A stretch of DNA of 53,048 bases from Rhizobium sp. Q54 (GCA_945902735.1 CAMDNF010000004.1:1-53048), one strand, 5' to 3'. Shown: positions 29,802-40,945, numbered from the stretch's first letter. Notes: generated by a model not told the origin, from the letters alone. Numbers and translations are program-made.

Positions 29802-30538
29802 GCGAGACCAACTCAAACGCGCTCCCACGTGCGCCCTGGCAGGCCCGCGTGCTGACGCTGTACCCGGAGATGTTTCCGGGGCCGCTCGGCTTCGCGCTGG
29901 CGGGCCGCGCGCTGAACGAGGGCCTGTGGTCGCTCGAAGCGTTCGATATTCGCCGCTTCGCGCGTGATCGCCATGGCTCGGTCGATGACGCGCCGTTTGG
30001 CGGCGGGCCCGGCATGGTGATGCGCGCCGATGTGGTGGCGGACGCGATCGATGCGGCTCGCCTGCCCGCGCCGGCGCCTTTGGTCTATCTCTCCGCGCGC
30101 GGCCGCATGTTGACCCAGGCGCGCGCGCGCGAACTCGCCGCCGGCCCCGGCGTCACGCTGATCTGCGGTCGCTTCGAAGGCGTCGACCAGCGCGTCATCG
30201 AGGCGCGCGAGGTCGAGGAAGTTTCGATCGGCGATTACGTTCTGTCCGGCGGTGAAATTGCCGCGCTCGCCCTCTTGGATGCGTGCGTGCGTCTCCTGCC
30301 CGGCGTGATTGGCCGCGCTGAATCGCTGACCGAGGAAAGCCACGAAGCCGGCCTCCTCGAATACCCCCATTACACGCGGCCGCAAACATTCGAAGGCCGC
30401 GCCGTTCCCGAGGTTCTGCTGTCCGGCAATCACGAGCGGATCCGCTTGTGGCGCCGGGCCGAGGCCGAGCGCACCACGCGCGAACGCCGCGCCGACCTCT
30501 GGTCAAATTATGCCGCAACCCGCGCGTCACGCGCCTGA
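29798..30538 (+). CDS. trmD: tRNA (guanine37-N1)-methyltransferase
   Basis: [55 protein letters not shown]. Confidence 0.98.
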   Translation: MSETNSNALPRAPWQARVLTLYPEMFPGPLGFALAGRALNEGLWSLEAFDIRRFARDRHGSVDDAPFGGGPGMVMRADVVADAIDAARLPAPAPLVYLSARGRMLTQARARELAAGPGVTLICGRFEGVDQRVIEAREVEEVSIGDYVLSGGEIAALALLDACVRLLPGVIGRAESLTEESHEAGLLEYPHYTRPQTFEGRAVPEVLLSGNHERIRLWRRAEAERTTRERRADLWSNYAATRASRA

Positions 30539-30557
30539 GCTTGAAGGGGCCAAAGCC

Positions 30558-30956
30558 ATGAACATGATTGAACAACTTGAAAAAGAAGCGGTCGACAAGC
30601 TCGCCGCGGTGCGCGCCATTCCGCCATTCCAACCCGGCGATACGGTGCGCGTGAAGATCAAGGTCGTCGAAGGCACGCGCGAACGCGTTCAGGCCTTCGA
30701 GGGCGTCTGCATCGCCCGGCGCAATCGCGGCCTCAATTCAGCCTTCACGCTGCGGAAGATTTCTTATGGTGAGGGCGTCGAACGGGTCTTCCCGCTCTAT
30801 TCGCCACGCCTCACCGCGATCGAAGTCATCAAGCGCGGCGATGTGCGGCGCGCGAAGCTCTATTATCTGCGCGGGCGGCGCGGCAAATCGGCCCGCATCA
30901 CCGAGCGGCGCGACGACGCACACGAAAAGGCTGCGTCGGCAAGCACCAAGGAATAG
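30558..30956 (+). CDS. rplS: 50S ribosomal protein L19
   Basis: FQPGDTVRV...[15 protein letters not shown]...GVERVFP...[10 protein letters not shown]. Confidence 0.98.
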   Translation: MNMIEQLEKEAVDKLAAVRAIPPFQPGDTVRVKIKVVEGTRERVQAFEGVCIARRNRGLNSAFTLRKISYGEGVERVFPLYSPRLTAIEVIKRGDVRRAKLYYLRGRRGKSARITERRDDAHEKAASASTKE

Positions 30957-30965
30957 AACGTTTCA

Positions 30966-31084
30966 GTCCTCATGGTTCGACAGGCTCACCATGAGGACCG
31001 CTATGAAGGCCTCATCCTGAGCCTGTCGACCTGCCTGCCTCCGCCGAAGCGGCTTCGCTTCGGCGGAGGCAGGAGGATGAGGCC
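30966..31084. repeat. REP-like family B doublet; second hairpin interrupted by a 44-bp nested palindrome
   Basis: gtcctcatggt-TCGACAGGCTC-accatgaggac (30966-30998); ggcctcatcct-GAGCCTGTCGA-[insert 31030-31073]-aggatgaggcc (31008-31084). Confidence 0.88.
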
Positions 31085-31103
31085 ATGACACGGGCACTTA
31101 TTT

Positions 31104-32510
31104 ATGACTCAGCCACGCACGCTATTTGACAAGATCTGGGAAAGCCATGTTGTCGCGGAGAACGCTGACGGCACGACGATCCTTTATATCGATCGCCACC
31201 TCGTTCATGAGGTGACCAGCCCGCAGGCCTATGAGGGCTTGCGCGTGTCGAACCGGCGCGTGCGTCGCCCCGACGCCACGCTTGCCGTGCCCGATCACGC
31301 GATCCCGACCAAGGACCGCGCCAAGGGCATCAAGGAAGCCGATGCGCGCCTTCAAGTCGAAACCCTGATCGAGAACTGCCGAGATTTCGGTGTCGAGCTG
31401 ATCGATTTGATGGACGTGCGCCAAGGCATCGTCCACATCATCGGCCCCGAGCAAGGCGTCACTCTGCCGGGCGTCACGCTGGTGTGCGGCGATTCGCATA
31501 CCGCGACGCATGGCGCGTTCGGCGCGCTCGCCTTTGGCATCGGCACGTCCGAGGTCGAGCATGTGCTGGCGACGCAAACGCTCGTGCAGAAGCGGCCGAA
31601 GAACATGCGCATCACGGTCGAGGGCGCCTTGCCGCGCGGTATCACCGCGAAGGATTTGATTCTCGCGATCATCGCCAAGATCGGCACCGCCGGCGGCACC
31701 GGTCATGTGGTCGAATATGCCGGCCCGGCCATTCGCGCGCTTTCGATGGAAGGGCGCATGACCGTCTGCAACATGACGATCGAGGCCGGCGCGCGCGCCG
31801 GGTTGATCGCGCCCGACGAAACGACGTTTGCGTTCTTGAAGGGCCGCCCGCGCGCGCCCAAGGCCGGCGCGTGGGAACAAGCCGAGCGCTTCTGGCGCAC
31901 GCTGCCCTCCGACCCAGGCGCAAATTATGACCGCGAAATCACGCTCGATGTGGCCTCGATCGCGCCGCAAGTCAGCTGGGGCACCTCGCCCCAAGACGTC
32001 GTGCCGATCGATGGCCGCGTGCCTGATCCCGCCAATGAGACCGATCCCGGCAGGCGCCGCGCGCTTGAGCGCTCGCTCGATTATATGGGCCTCAAGGCCA
32101 ACATGAAGATGACCGACGTGAAGATCGACCGCGTCTTCATCGGCTCGTGCACCAATGGCCGGCTCGAGGATTTGCGCGCCGCGGCCGATGTGGTGAAAGG
32201 CAAGAAGGTCGCAAGCCATGTCGGCGCCATGGTCGTGCCGGGCTCGGGCCTGGTGAAAGAGGCCGCCGAGGCCGAAGGGCTCGATCGCATTTTCCTCGAG
32301 GCCGGCTTCGAATGGCGTGAGCCCGGCTGCTCGATGTGCATCGCGATGAACCCCGACAAACTCGCACCCGGCGAGCGTTGCGCCTCGACCTCGAACCGTA
32401 ATTTCGAAGGCCGCCAAGGCCCGGGCGGACGCACCCACTTGGTCAGCCCGGCGATGGCGGCGGCGGCGGCGATTGCCGGCCACCTCGCCGACGTCCGCAC
32501 GCTCAGCTGA
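31104..32510 (+). CDS. leuC: 3-isopropylmalate dehydratase large subunit
   Basis: [48 protein letters not shown]. Confidence 0.98.
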   Translation: MTQPRTLFDKIWESHVVAENADGTTILYIDRHLVHEVTSPQAYEGLRVSNRRVRRPDATLAVPDHAIPTKDRAKGIKEADARLQVETLIENCRDFGVELIDLMDVRQGIVHIIGPEQGVTLPGVTLVCGDSHTATHGAFGALAFGIGTSEVEHVLATQTLVQKRPKNMRITVEGALPRGITAKDLILAIIAKIGTAGGTGHVVEYAGPAIRALSMEGRMTVCNMTIEAGARAGLIAPDETTFAFLKGRPRAPKAGAWEQAERFWRTLPSDPGANYDREITLDVASIAPQVSWGTSPQDVVPIDGRVPDPANETDPGRRRALERSLDYMGLKANMKMTDVKIDRVFIGSCTNGRLEDLRAAADVVKGKKVASHVGAMVVPGSGLVKEAAEAEGLDRIFLEAGFEWREPGCSMCIAMNPDKLAPGERCASTSNRNFEGRQGPGGRTHLVSPAMAAAAAIAGHLADVRTLS

Positions 32511-32521
32511 ACGGATCGACC

Positions 32522-33133
32522 ATGGACAAATTCATCACGTTAAGCGGCATCGCTGCACCTTTACCGATCATCAACATCGATACCGACCAGATCATTCCGG
32601 CGCGCTATCTCACCACGATCGGGCGCACCGGGCTTGGTCGCGGTCTGTTTCATTCGATGCGCTATGAGGACGACGGCAGCAATCGCCCCGGCTTCGTGCT
32701 CAACCGCGCGCCCTATGACAAATCGAAAATCTTGGTCACGGGCGAGAATTTCGCCTGTGGCTCATCGCGCGAGCACGCGCCCTGGGCATTGATGGATTTC
32801 GGCATACGCTGCGTCATCGCACCGTCCTTCGCCGATATCTTTTTCAACAATTGCATGAAGAACGGCATTTTGTTGATCACGCTGCCGGCCGCGACGGTCG
32901 AGGCGTTGCAGGCGGAAATCGCGGCGCCCGCCAAGGCCTCGCTCACCGTGGATTTGCCGAAGCAGGAAATCCGCAAGGCCAATGGCGGCGTAATCGCGTT
33001 CGAGATCGATCAAGCGCGCAAACATCGCCTCTTGAACGGGCTCGACGATATCGGCCTCACGCTTGAAAAATCCGCCGCGATCGGCGGCTTCGAGGCCAAG
33101 CAGCGCGCTCAACAACCCTGGCTCTATCGGTAG
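32522..33133 (+). CDS. leuD: 3-isopropylmalate dehydratase small subunit
   Basis: [40 protein letters not shown]. Confidence 0.98.
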   Translation: MDKFITLSGIAAPLPIINIDTDQIIPARYLTTIGRTGLGRGLFHSMRYEDDGSNRPGFVLNRAPYDKSKILVTGENFACGSSREHAPWALMDFGIRCVIAPSFADIFFNNCMKNGILLITLPAATVEALQAEIAAPAKASLTVDLPKQEIRKANGGVIAFEIDQARKHRLLNGLDDIGLTLEKSAAIGGFEAKQRAQQPWLYR

Positions 33134-33136
33134 ACC

Positions 33137-34246
33137 ATGCCCGCGAACAAAAAAATTCTGGTTTTGCCCGGTGATGGCATCGGGCCCGAAGTGATGCGCG
33201 AGACCGAGCGCGTGATGGATTGGCTCGCCAAGCGCCGGAGTTTCTCCTACGAGATCACACGCGGCCTGGTCGGCGGCTCCGCCTATGACGCCAAGGGCGT
33301 CTCGATCACCGACGAAACCGTAGCCGATGCCATGGCGGCGGATGCCGTGTTGTTCGGCTCGGTCGGCGGCCCGAAATGGGACAATGTGGCACGTCAGCAC
33401 AGGCCCGAGGCCGGCCTGCTGCGCCTGAGAAAAGACCTCGATCTGTTCGCCAATCTTAGGCCCGCGATCGTGTTCGATTTCATGCTCGACGCCTCGACCT
33501 TGAAGCCCGAGGTGGTCAAGGGGCTTGATCTCATGATCATTCGCGAGCTCACGAGCGGCGTTTATTTCGGCGAGCCGCGCGGCAGCTTCAAAAAGCCTGA
33601 CGGCACGCGCTATGCCATCGACACGCAGTATTATACCGCGCCCGAAGTCGAGCGCGTCGCGCGCGTCGGCTTCGAGCTGGCCAAGAAGCGCGGCAACAAG
33701 CTGCATTCGATCGAGAAGGCGAATGTGATGGAGACCGGCGTCTTTTGGCGCGCCGAGGTCACGGCCCTGCACAAGAAGGACTATGCCAGCGTCGAACTGC
33801 ACCACATGTATGCCGACAATTGCGCCATGCAATTGGTGCGCAACCCGAAACAGTTCGACGTGATCGTCACCGACAATCTGTTCGGCGATCTTCTGAGCGA
33901 TTGCGCGGCGATGCTCACGGGCTCGCTCGGCATGTTGCCGTCGGCCTCGCTGGGCTTGGCCGATTCAAGCGGCCGGCGGCGTGCGCTTTATGAGCCGGTG
34001 CATGGCTCGGCGCCCGATATCGCGGGCAAGAACCTGGCCAATCCGATCGCGCAACTTTTGAGTATGTCGATGATGCTGCGCTATTCGTTCGATGATGGCG
34101 CGAGCGCCGATCTGGTCGACGAAGCGATCCAACGCGTGCTGGCAAGCGGCGTGCGTACCGGCGACATCATGGCCCAAGGGGCACGCAAGGTTTCAACGGT
34201 TGAAATGGGCAGCGCGATTTTGGCCGAGCTCGACAAGCTCGTCTGA
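33137..34246 (+). CDS. leuB: 3-isopropylmalate dehydrogenase
   Basis: LPGDGIGPE, LFANLRP, RELTSGVYFG, NLFGDLLSD, GSLGMLPS, YEPVHGSAPDIAG. Confidence 0.98.
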   Translation: MPANKKILVLPGDGIGPEVMRETERVMDWLAKRRSFSYEITRGLVGGSAYDAKGVSITDETVADAMAADAVLFGSVGGPKWDNVARQHRPEAGLLRLRKDLDLFANLRPAIVFDFMLDASTLKPEVVKGLDLMIIRELTSGVYFGEPRGSFKKPDGTRYAIDTQYYTAPEVERVARVGFELAKKRGNKLHSIEKANVMETGVFWRAEVTALHKKDYASVELHHMYADNCAMQLVRNPKQFDVIVTDNLFGDLLSDCAAMLTGSLGMLPSASLGLADSSGRRRALYEPVHGSAPDIAGKNLANPIAQLLSMSMMLRYSFDDGASADLVDEAIQRVLASGVRTGDIMAQGARKVSTVEMGSAILAELDKLV

Positions 34247-34270
34247 AGCGCGCCCGCGGAGTAGCGAATA

Positions 34271-35296
34271 ATGGGTTATCGTGTAGCGGTCGTCGGCGCC
34301 ACCGGCAATGTCGGGCGCGAGATTCTCAACGTGTTGTGGCAACGCGAATTCCCGGTCGATGAAGTGATCGCGCTGGCGAGCCGCGATTCGGCCGGCAAGG
34401 AAGTCTCGTACGGCGAAGGGCAGATCCTCACCGTCAAGGCGCTCGACACATTCGACTTCAAGGGCATCGATATCGGCCTGTTCTCGCCCGGCGCCTCGAT
34501 CTCGAAGCTTCACGCGCCGCGCGCGGCGGCGGCGGGCTGCGTCGTCATCGACAACACCTCGCAATTCCGCATGGATGAAGACGTGCCTTTGATCGTGCCC
34601 GAGGTCAATGGCGACGCGCTGTCGCAATTCCGCCAGCGCAACATCATCGCCAATCCGAATTGCTCGACCATTCAAATGGTGATGGCGCTGAAGCCCTTGC
34701 ATGATATCGCGCCCATCAAGCGCGTCGTGGTTGCGACCTATCAATCGACCTCGGGTAAGGGCAAGGCGGCGATGGATGAGTTGTTCGAGCAAACCCGCTC
34801 GATTTACATGAACCAGCCCAAGCAGCCCAAGGTCTTCACCAAGCGCATTGCGTTCAACGCGATTCCCCATATCGACGTCTTCATGCCCGACGGCTCGACC
34901 AAGGAAGAGTGGAAGATGGTGCACGAGACCCAGAAGATTCTCGATTCGTCGATCGAGGTCGCGGCGACGTGCGTGCGCATCCCCACCTTCATCGGCCATG
35001 CCGAGGTGGTCAATGTCGAGTTCCGCACGGCGATCAGCGAGGCCGAGGCGCGCGCGGCATTGCGCAAGGCCCCCGGAATCGAGGTGATCGACGATCGCAA
35101 GGACGGCGGCTATGCGACACCGGTCGATTGCGCCGGCGAAGACGCGACGTTCGTCTCGCGCCTGCGCAAGGACCCGACCGTGCCGCATGGCCTCCAAATG
35201 TGGGTGGTCTCGGACAATCTGCGCAAGGGCGCCGCGCTGAACGCCGTGCAGATCGCCGAAAATTTGATCCGCCTCTATTTGAAAAAGCCGCATTGA
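34271..35296 (+). CDS. asd: Aspartate-semialdehyde dehydrogenase
   Basis: VVGATGNVG, IANPNCST, TYQSTSG, TCVRIP, GHAE, SDNLRKGAA. Confidence 0.98.
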   Translation: MGYRVAVVGATGNVGREILNVLWQREFPVDEVIALASRDSAGKEVSYGEGQILTVKALDTFDFKGIDIGLFSPGASISKLHAPRAAAAGCVVIDNTSQFRMDEDVPLIVPEVNGDALSQFRQRNIIANPNCSTIQMVMALKPLHDIAPIKRVVVATYQSTSGKGKAAMDELFEQTRSIYMNQPKQPKVFTKRIAFNAIPHIDVFMPDGSTKEEWKMVHETQKILDSSIEVAATCVRIPTFIGHAEVVNVEFRTAISEAEARAALRKAPGIEVIDDRKDGGYATPVDCAGEDATFVSRLRKDPTVPHGLQMWVVSDNLRKGAALNAVQIAENLIRLYLKKPH

Positions 35297-35300
35297 GGCG

Positions 35301-36722
35301 ATGAGCGACCCGGCCGCCCCTCAATCGGCCGGCCCGGCGCCGGCGCGCGCGTCGGTTACGCACGACACCAACGCCCTTCATCGCGCTGCGATCGAAGCGC
35401 TGCAAGCGGGCCGCCTCGAAGAGGCGCTTGAGGGCTTAACCAAAGTGGTCGCGCTCAACCCGCGTTTGCTCACTGTCTACAATAATATGGGTGTCGCGTT
35501 GTATCGGCTCGGCCGCTTCGAGGCGGCGGCCGCCTGGTATCGCCGCGCGATGCAATTGGGTGATAAAGAGGCGCGCGGCAATCTCGGCGACGCCTATCGC
35601 AAGCTCGGTCGCCTCGCTGAGGCCGAGGCCTGCCAGCGCACGATCCTCACGAGCCGCCCCCGCGACCCGAACGCACTTTTTGCCCTGTCGCAAACGCTAA
35701 GGGATGCGGGCCGGATCGAGGAATCGCTCGCCTGCCATGACGAGCTCCTGAAGCATCATCCCAATCATGTACGCGGCGCCTGGAACAGGTCGCTCGTTCT
35801 GCTCCAGCTCGGCCGGTTCGGCGAGGGGTTCGCCGCCTATGAAGCGCGTTTCCGCCGCCCCGAAAGCCCCGCGCGAAAATTCGACGTGCCGCGCTGGACC
35901 GGTGAGCCGCTGGCCGGAAAAACCATCCTCATCCATGACGAACAAGGTTTTGGCGATTGCTTGCAATATGCGCGCTTCGTGCCCGTGGTCGCGGCGCGCG
36001 GTGGGCGCGTTGTGTTCGAATGCCAGGCCCCGCTCGTGCGCCTGATGCAGAAACTTGATGGTGTGGTCCAAATCATCGCGCGCGGCGCGCAACCACCACC
36101 CTTTGAGGTAGAGGCCCCGTTGCTTTCCCTGCCCGCCATACTCGGCACGCAAGGCGAAACCTTGCCCGCGCCGGAAGGCTATATCGCGCCACCTGACGAT
36201 TTGGTCGCGCGCTTCACGCCCCTCACGGCACGCCCAGCCGGCACATTGAAAGTGGGCATCGTATGGGCCGGCCGACCCGAGCAACGCGACGACGCCAGAC
36301 GCTCGGCCGGCCTGACCCCCTTTTCGGCGCTGATCGGCGTGCCGAACGTCGTCCTTTTCGGCCTCCAAGTCGGCCCGCGCGCGGCGGATATCAGCCGCCT
36401 CGGCTATGAAGGCCTGATCGCCGATCTGTCGCCTCATTTGGAGGATTTCGCCGCCACCGCCGCCGCGATCAAAACGCTCGATCTCGTGATCTCGATCGAC
36501 AGCGCGGTCACCCATCTGGCCGGTGCCCTTGGCAAACCGGTCTGGCTGGCGCTGTCCTCGAGCGGCGATTGGCGTTATCTCAGCAATCGTGCCGATAGTC
36601 CATGGTATAAGAGCCTCCGAATTTTTCGCCAAGCGCGCTTCGGCGATTGGGAGAGCGTGTTCCGAGACATCGTAGCCGCGCTCGAATTATGCCAAGGTCT
36701 TAGCGGAGGCCGGCCCACATGA
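35301..36722 (+). CDS. TPR-repeat protein with C-terminal GT-B (GT9-like) glycosyltransferase domain
   Basis: TPRs (NNMGVALYRLGRFEAA, GNLGDAYRKLGRLAEA), HDEQGFGDCLQYARF, GIVWAG, DLVISIDSAVTHLAGALG, SPWY. Confidence 0.82.
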   Translation: MSDPAAPQSAGPAPARASVTHDTNALHRAAIEALQAGRLEEALEGLTKVVALNPRLLTVYNNMGVALYRLGRFEAAAAWYRRAMQLGDKEARGNLGDAYRKLGRLAEAEACQRTILTSRPRDPNALFALSQTLRDAGRIEESLACHDELLKHHPNHVRGAWNRSLVLLQLGRFGEGFAAYEARFRRPESPARKFDVPRWTGEPLAGKTILIHDEQGFGDCLQYARFVPVVAARGGRVVFECQAPLVRLMQKLDGVVQIIARGAQPPPFEVEAPLLSLPAILGTQGETLPAPEGYIAPPDDLVARFTPLTARPAGTLKVGIVWAGRPEQRDDARRSAGLTPFSALIGVPNVVLFGLQVGPRAADISRLGYEGLIADLSPHLEDFAATAAAIKTLDLVISIDSAVTHLAGALGKPVWLALSSSGDWRYLSNRADSPWYKSLRIFRQARFGDWESVFRDIVAALELCQGLSGGRPT

Positions 36723-38110
36723 ACGATCCGACGCCCCTCTCAAAACCTAAGAATAAGCTCGCGATCGCCTTTGAGCGGGCGCGTGACGCGCACCTCGCCG
36801 GCAGGCTCGATGAGGCCATCGGCCATTATCGCGATGTGTTGCGGCTGGCGCCCGAACATGGCGGCGCGCTCAATAATCTTGGCGTCGCGCTGAAGACGCA
36901 AAACCGCTTCGCCCCGGCAATCGCCTGCTATCGCCGCGCGCTCGCGACCAAGCCCGATGATGTTGGCCTCCTGACCAATCTCGGCAATGCGTTGCGTGGC
37001 CTCGGCCGCTTCGACGAAGCGAGAACGGTACTCAAGCGCGCTATGGTCTTGAATCCGCGCTCGGTCGATGCGCTCAACAACCTCTCGCTCACCTATAAGG
37101 GCGAGCGACAATTCAAGGAAGCCATCGATGGCCTGACCGAGGTGGTTCGCCTCAGGCCCTACGACGCCGAGGCGCATCTCGATTTGGCGCTGTCGCTGCT
37201 GCAAAGCGGCGAATACAGACGCGGCTTCGCTGAATATGAATGGCGCTGGCGGACCAAGGAATTGCCGCCGCGCAAATTCGACCAGCCCGCCTGGGACGGC
37301 AAGCCACTCGATGGCAAAACCATATTGCTCCACGCCGAACAGGGTTATGGCGACGCCATACAGTTCGCGCGCTATGTGCCGATGGTCGTGGCGCAAGGCG
37401 GCAAGGTCGTGCTCGAATGCCTGAACGGACTCGAGCGGTTGATGCAAAGCCTAGGCAGTGTCGACCACATCGTAACAAAGGGTGCGGTTCCGCCGCCCTT
37501 CGACGTGCAAGCGCCGCTGCTCTCACTGCCCCATTTGTTTGGCACCTCGCTCGAGACCATTCCCGCACCACCCCGTTATCTCAGCGCCGAGACCGAGCAG
37601 ATCGCGCACTTTGGCGCGCGCCTCGCCGCGCCATCGGGCGTGCTGAAGGTCGGCATCGTGTGGGCCGGCAAGCCGAGCCATAAGAACGACTACAACCGAA
37701 GCGCCGGCTTCAGCCAGTTCATTGACTTATTGGGCATCGGCGGGGTCCGTTGGTACGGGCTTCAAGTCGGCCCGCGCGCGGCCGATATCGTGGCGCATGA
37801 CTGCCAGGGTTTGCTCGAAGACCTGGCGCCCGAGCTCAATGATTTCGCCACCAGCGCAGCCGCGATCGAAAATCTTGACCTGGTGATTTCGGTCGATACC
37901 TCGGTTGCCCATTTAACCGGCGCGCTCGGCAAGCCGATCTGGCTCGCGCTCGCCTTTGGCGGCGAATGGCGCTACCCCGAGGGGCGCGAGGATAGCCCGT
38001 GGTATCCCTCGATGCGGCTCTTCCAGCAAACCCGATTCGGCGATTGGGACGGCGTGTTCCGTCGCATCGCCGAAAGCCTCCAAGCCAGAGAGGGCCTGGC
38101 GCAAGCATGA
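36719..38110 (+). CDS. Second TPR + GT9-like glycosyltransferase (tandem paralog)
   Basis: TPRs (NNLGVALK, TNLGNALRGLGRFDEA), HAEQGYGDAIQFARY, GIVWAG, DLVISVDTSVAHLTGALG, SPWYPSMRLF. Confidence 0.82.
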   Translation: MNDPTPLSKPKNKLAIAFERARDAHLAGRLDEAIGHYRDVLRLAPEHGGALNNLGVALKTQNRFAPAIACYRRALATKPDDVGLLTNLGNALRGLGRFDEARTVLKRAMVLNPRSVDALNNLSLTYKGERQFKEAIDGLTEVVRLRPYDAEAHLDLALSLLQSGEYRRGFAEYEWRWRTKELPPRKFDQPAWDGKPLDGKTILLHAEQGYGDAIQFARYVPMVVAQGGKVVLECLNGLERLMQSLGSVDHIVTKGAVPPPFDVQAPLLSLPHLFGTSLETIPAPPRYLSAETEQIAHFGARLAAPSGVLKVGIVWAGKPSHKNDYNRSAGFSQFIDLLGIGGVRWYGLQVGPRAADIVAHDCQGLLEDLAPELNDFATSAAAIENLDLVISVDTSVAHLTGALGKPIWLALAFGGEWRYPEGREDSPWYPSMRLFQQTRFGDWDGVFRRIAESLQAREGLAQA

Positions 38111-38145
38111 ACGCGGGCGGGCGTCCGGGCCGCGAAGGGGCGCGA

Positions 38146-38175
38146 TTGACGGCCCCGGGCAATGGGTCGTAAATT
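38146..38175 (+). promoter_or_regulatory. Candidate promoter of sdhCDAB
   Basis: TTGACG (38146-38151), 18 nt, TAAATT (38170-38175), about 145 nt before sdhC. Confidence 0.45.
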
Positions 38176-38321
38176 TCTGCCCGATTGGGATTCGCCCCGC
38201 GCCGCCGAGCCTGACGCGAGGTTGTCGGCGACGCCCGAATCCTGGTCGACGCTTCATCCAGCACCGGTCGCCCTGCCTTTACCCCAAGACCGCCCGTTGT
38301 GCGCGAATTAGGTCAATAACC

Positions 38322-38744
38322 ATGGACAAGGCCTCGACGAGCAAAAGCGGCGTTCATGCACGCCGACCGCTCTCACCGCATTTGCAGGTCTATCGCCCGC
38401 AGCTCACTTCGGTGTTGTCGATTGTTCACCGCATGACCGGTGTGTTTTTGGCGAGCGCCGCCGCCATGCTGTGCTGCTGGCTGCTGACCGCCGCCGCGGG
38501 GCCTAACTATTACGCCTGGTCGATGTGGTTCCTGACCTCATGGGTCGGCTATGCGCTGCTCGTCATCTGGTCGTTTTGCCTGTTTTATCACCTGTGCAAT
38601 GGCATCCGGCATTTGTTCTGGGATATCGGGATCGGCTTTTCCTTGCGCGCGACCTATGCCTCGGGCGCGCTGATGCTGGGCGCCGCGCTTGGGTTGACCG
38701 GGGTCTCGTGGGCCATCGGGCTCGCTGTCTATTTCTCGGGCTGA
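38322..38744 (+). CDS. sdhC: Succinate dehydrogenase cytochrome b556 subunit
   Basis: RPLSPHLQVY, SIVHRMTG, YHLCNGIRHLFWD; ATG 38322. Confidence 0.96.
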   Translation: MDKASTSKSGVHARRPLSPHLQVYRPQLTSVLSIVHRMTGVFLASAAAMLCCWLLTAAAGPNYYAWSMWFLTSWVGYALLVIWSFCLFYHLCNGIRHLFWDIGIGFSLRATYASGALMLGAALGLTGVSWAIGLAVYFSG

Positions 38745-38752
38745 GGTGCGCC

Positions 38753-39148
38753 ATGCGTGAAACCCAAATTCAAACGCCGCTCGCCCGTGTGCGCGGCCTC
38801 GGCTCGGCCAAGCAAGGCACCGAGCATTGGTGGATGCAGCGCCTGACCGCCATTCTCATGGTGCCACTCGGGCTTTGGGTCGTCGCCGAACTATGGCTGC
38901 TCGCCATGCGCGGCGCCGACCACGCCGCATTGGTCGACTGGCTTCAGGGCCCGGTCGCGGCGACGCTGCTCATTCTGTTTTCGGGCGCGATGTTTTTTCA
39001 CCTGAAGCTCGGGCTTCAAGTGGTGATCGAAGACTATGTCCACCACAAACCGAAGAAATGGGCGCTGCTGATTGGGCTCTCGCTCGGCTGCTTGATGGCC
39101 GGCGTAGCCTGCGTCTACTCGATCATCGCCATCGCGTTGAAGGGATAG
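38753..39148 (+). CDS. sdhD: Succinate dehydrogenase membrane anchor
   Basis: TPLARVRGLGSAKQGTEHWWMQRLTA, FHLKLGLQVVIEDYV; ATG 38753. Confidence 0.96.
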   Translation: MRETQIQTPLARVRGLGSAKQGTEHWWMQRLTAILMVPLGLWVVAELWLLAMRGADHAALVDWLQGPVAATLLILFSGAMFFHLKLGLQVVIEDYVHHKPKKWALLIGLSLGCLMAGVACVYSIIAIALKG

Positions 39149-39151
39149 TTC

Positions 39152-40945
39152 ATGCCGCCAGCCTATCCATTGATCGAGCATCGCTATGACGTCGTCGTCG
39201 TCGGCGCGGGCGGCGCGGGCTTACGCGCGACCTTCGGCCTCGCGCAACGCGGCTTGAAGACAGCCTGCCTCTCTAAATTGTTCCCGACGCGCAGTCATAC
39301 CGTCGCCGCGCAAGGCGGCATTTCGGCCGCGCTTGGCAATATGGGCGAAGACGATTGGCGCTGGCATATGTATGACACCGTCAAGGGCTCGGACTGGCTC
39401 GGCGATCAAGACGCCATCGAATATATGTGCAAGCACGCGCCCGAAGCCGTGCTTGAGCTTGAGCATTATGGCGTGCCGTTTTCGCGCACCGCCGAAGGCA
39501 AGATCTATCAGCGCGCGTTCGGCGGCATGACGACGCATTTTGGCGAAGGCACCGCGCTCCGCACCTGCGCGGCGGCCGATCGCACCGGCCATGCCATGCT
39601 GCACACGCTTTACCAGCAATCGCTGAAACACTCGGCCGAGTTCTTCATCGAATATGTCGCGCTCGATCTCGTGATGGATGAGGAAGGCGTCTGCCGCGGC
39701 GTGATCGCCTGGAATCTCGACGACGGCTCCATGCATCTGTTCCGCTCGCACATGGTGATCCTGGCGACCGGCGGCTATGGCCGCGCCTATTTCTCGGCGA
39801 CCTCGGCGCACACCTGCACGGGTGATGGCAATGGCATGGCGCTGCGCGCCGGCCTGCCGCTGCAAGACATGGAGTTCATCCAATTCCATCCGACCGGCAT
39901 TTATGGCGCCGGCTGTTTGATCACCGAGGGCGTGCGCGGCGAAGGCGGCTATTTGCTGAACTCGGAAGGCGAGCGCTTTATGGAGCGCTATGCGCCGAGC
40001 GCGAAAGACCTCGCCTCGCGCGATGTCGTGTCGCGTTCGATGACGCTCGAGATTCGCGATGGCCGAGGCGTCGGACCGCTCAAGGATCATATTTTCCTGA
40101 AGCTCGATCATTTGGGCCGCGATGTGCTGCACGAGCGCCTGCCCGGTATTACCGAAACCGCGAAGATTTTTGCCGGCGTCGATTGCACCAAGGAGCCGAT
40201 CCCCGTCATCCCGACCGTGCACTACAACATGGGCGGCGTGCCGACCAATTATCACGGCGAGGTCGTGACGCTCGCGCAGGACAACCCCGATACGGTGGTG
40301 CGCGGCATCATGGCGGTCGGCGAGGCGGCCTGCGTTTCGGTCCACGGCGCCAATCGGCTCGGCTCCAACTCGCTGTTGGATCTCGTCGTGTTCGGCCGCG
40401 CCGCCGCCAATCGCTGCGCCGAATTGATCAAATCCGGCGCGCCGCACAAAACCCTACCGGCCGCGATCTCCGATCGTTGTTTCGAGTGGTTCGACCGACT
40501 ACGCCACGCCAAGGGCAAGAGCTCGACCGCCGAAATTCGCCTCGATATGCAACGCACCATGCAGAATCACGCCGGCGTGTTTCGCACCGGCCCGCTGATG
40601 GATGAAGGCAAGCGCAAACTCGCCTCGATCTGGTCAAGCTTCCGCGATGAAATTCGGGTCGCCGATCGGTCCCTGATCTGGAATTCCGACCTCGCGGAAA
40701 CCATCGAGCTCGACAATTTAATGCGCCAGGCCCTCGTCACCCTGCATTGTGCCTCGAACCGAACCGAAAGCCGCGGCGCCCAAGCGCGTGAGGACTTCCC
40801 CAATCGCGATGACGTCAATTGGATGAAGCACTCGATTGCCTGGCTCAACGACGATGGCGCACCCAAGATCAATTACCGGCCGGTACATCTCTATACGCTG
40901 ACCAAGGACGTCGAGGTGATCCAGCCCAAGGCGCGCGTTTATTGA
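39152..40945 (+). CDS. sdhA: Succinate dehydrogenase flavoprotein
   Basis: [44 protein letters not shown]. Confidence 0.99.
   Translation: MPPAYPLIEHRYDVVVVGAGGAGLRATFGLAQRGLKTACLSKLFPTRSHTVAAQGGISAALGNMGEDDWRWHMYDTVKGSDWLGDQDAIEYMCKHAPEAVLELEHYGVPFSRTAEGKIYQRAFGGMTTHFGEGTALRTCAAADRTGHAMLHTLYQQSLKHSAEFFIEYVALDLVMDEEGVCRGVIAWNLDDGSMHLFRSHMVILATGGYGRAYFSATSAHTCTGDGNGMALRAGLPLQDMEFIQFHPTGIYGAGCLITEGVRGEGGYLLNSEGERFMERYAPSAKDLASRDVVSRSMTLEIRDGRGVGPLKDHIFLKLDHLGRDVLHERLPGITETAKIFAGVDCTKEPIPVIPTVHYNMGGVPTNYHGEVVTLAQDNPDTVVRGIMAVGEAACVSVHGANRLGSNSLLDLVVFGRAAANRCAELIKSGAPHKTLPAAISDRCFEWFDRLRHAKGKSSTAEIRLDMQRTMQNHAGVFRTGPLMDEGKRKLASIWSSFRDEIRVADRSLIWNSDLAETIELDNLMRQALVTLHCASNRTESRGAQAREDFPNRDDVNWMKHSIAWLNDDGAPKINYRPVHLYTLTKDVEVIQPKARVY

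Noticed and set aside
38162-38311. 49-codon ORF in the sdhC leader
   Set aside because: Its ATG lies within the spacer of the candidate promoter; no SD or recognisable motif.
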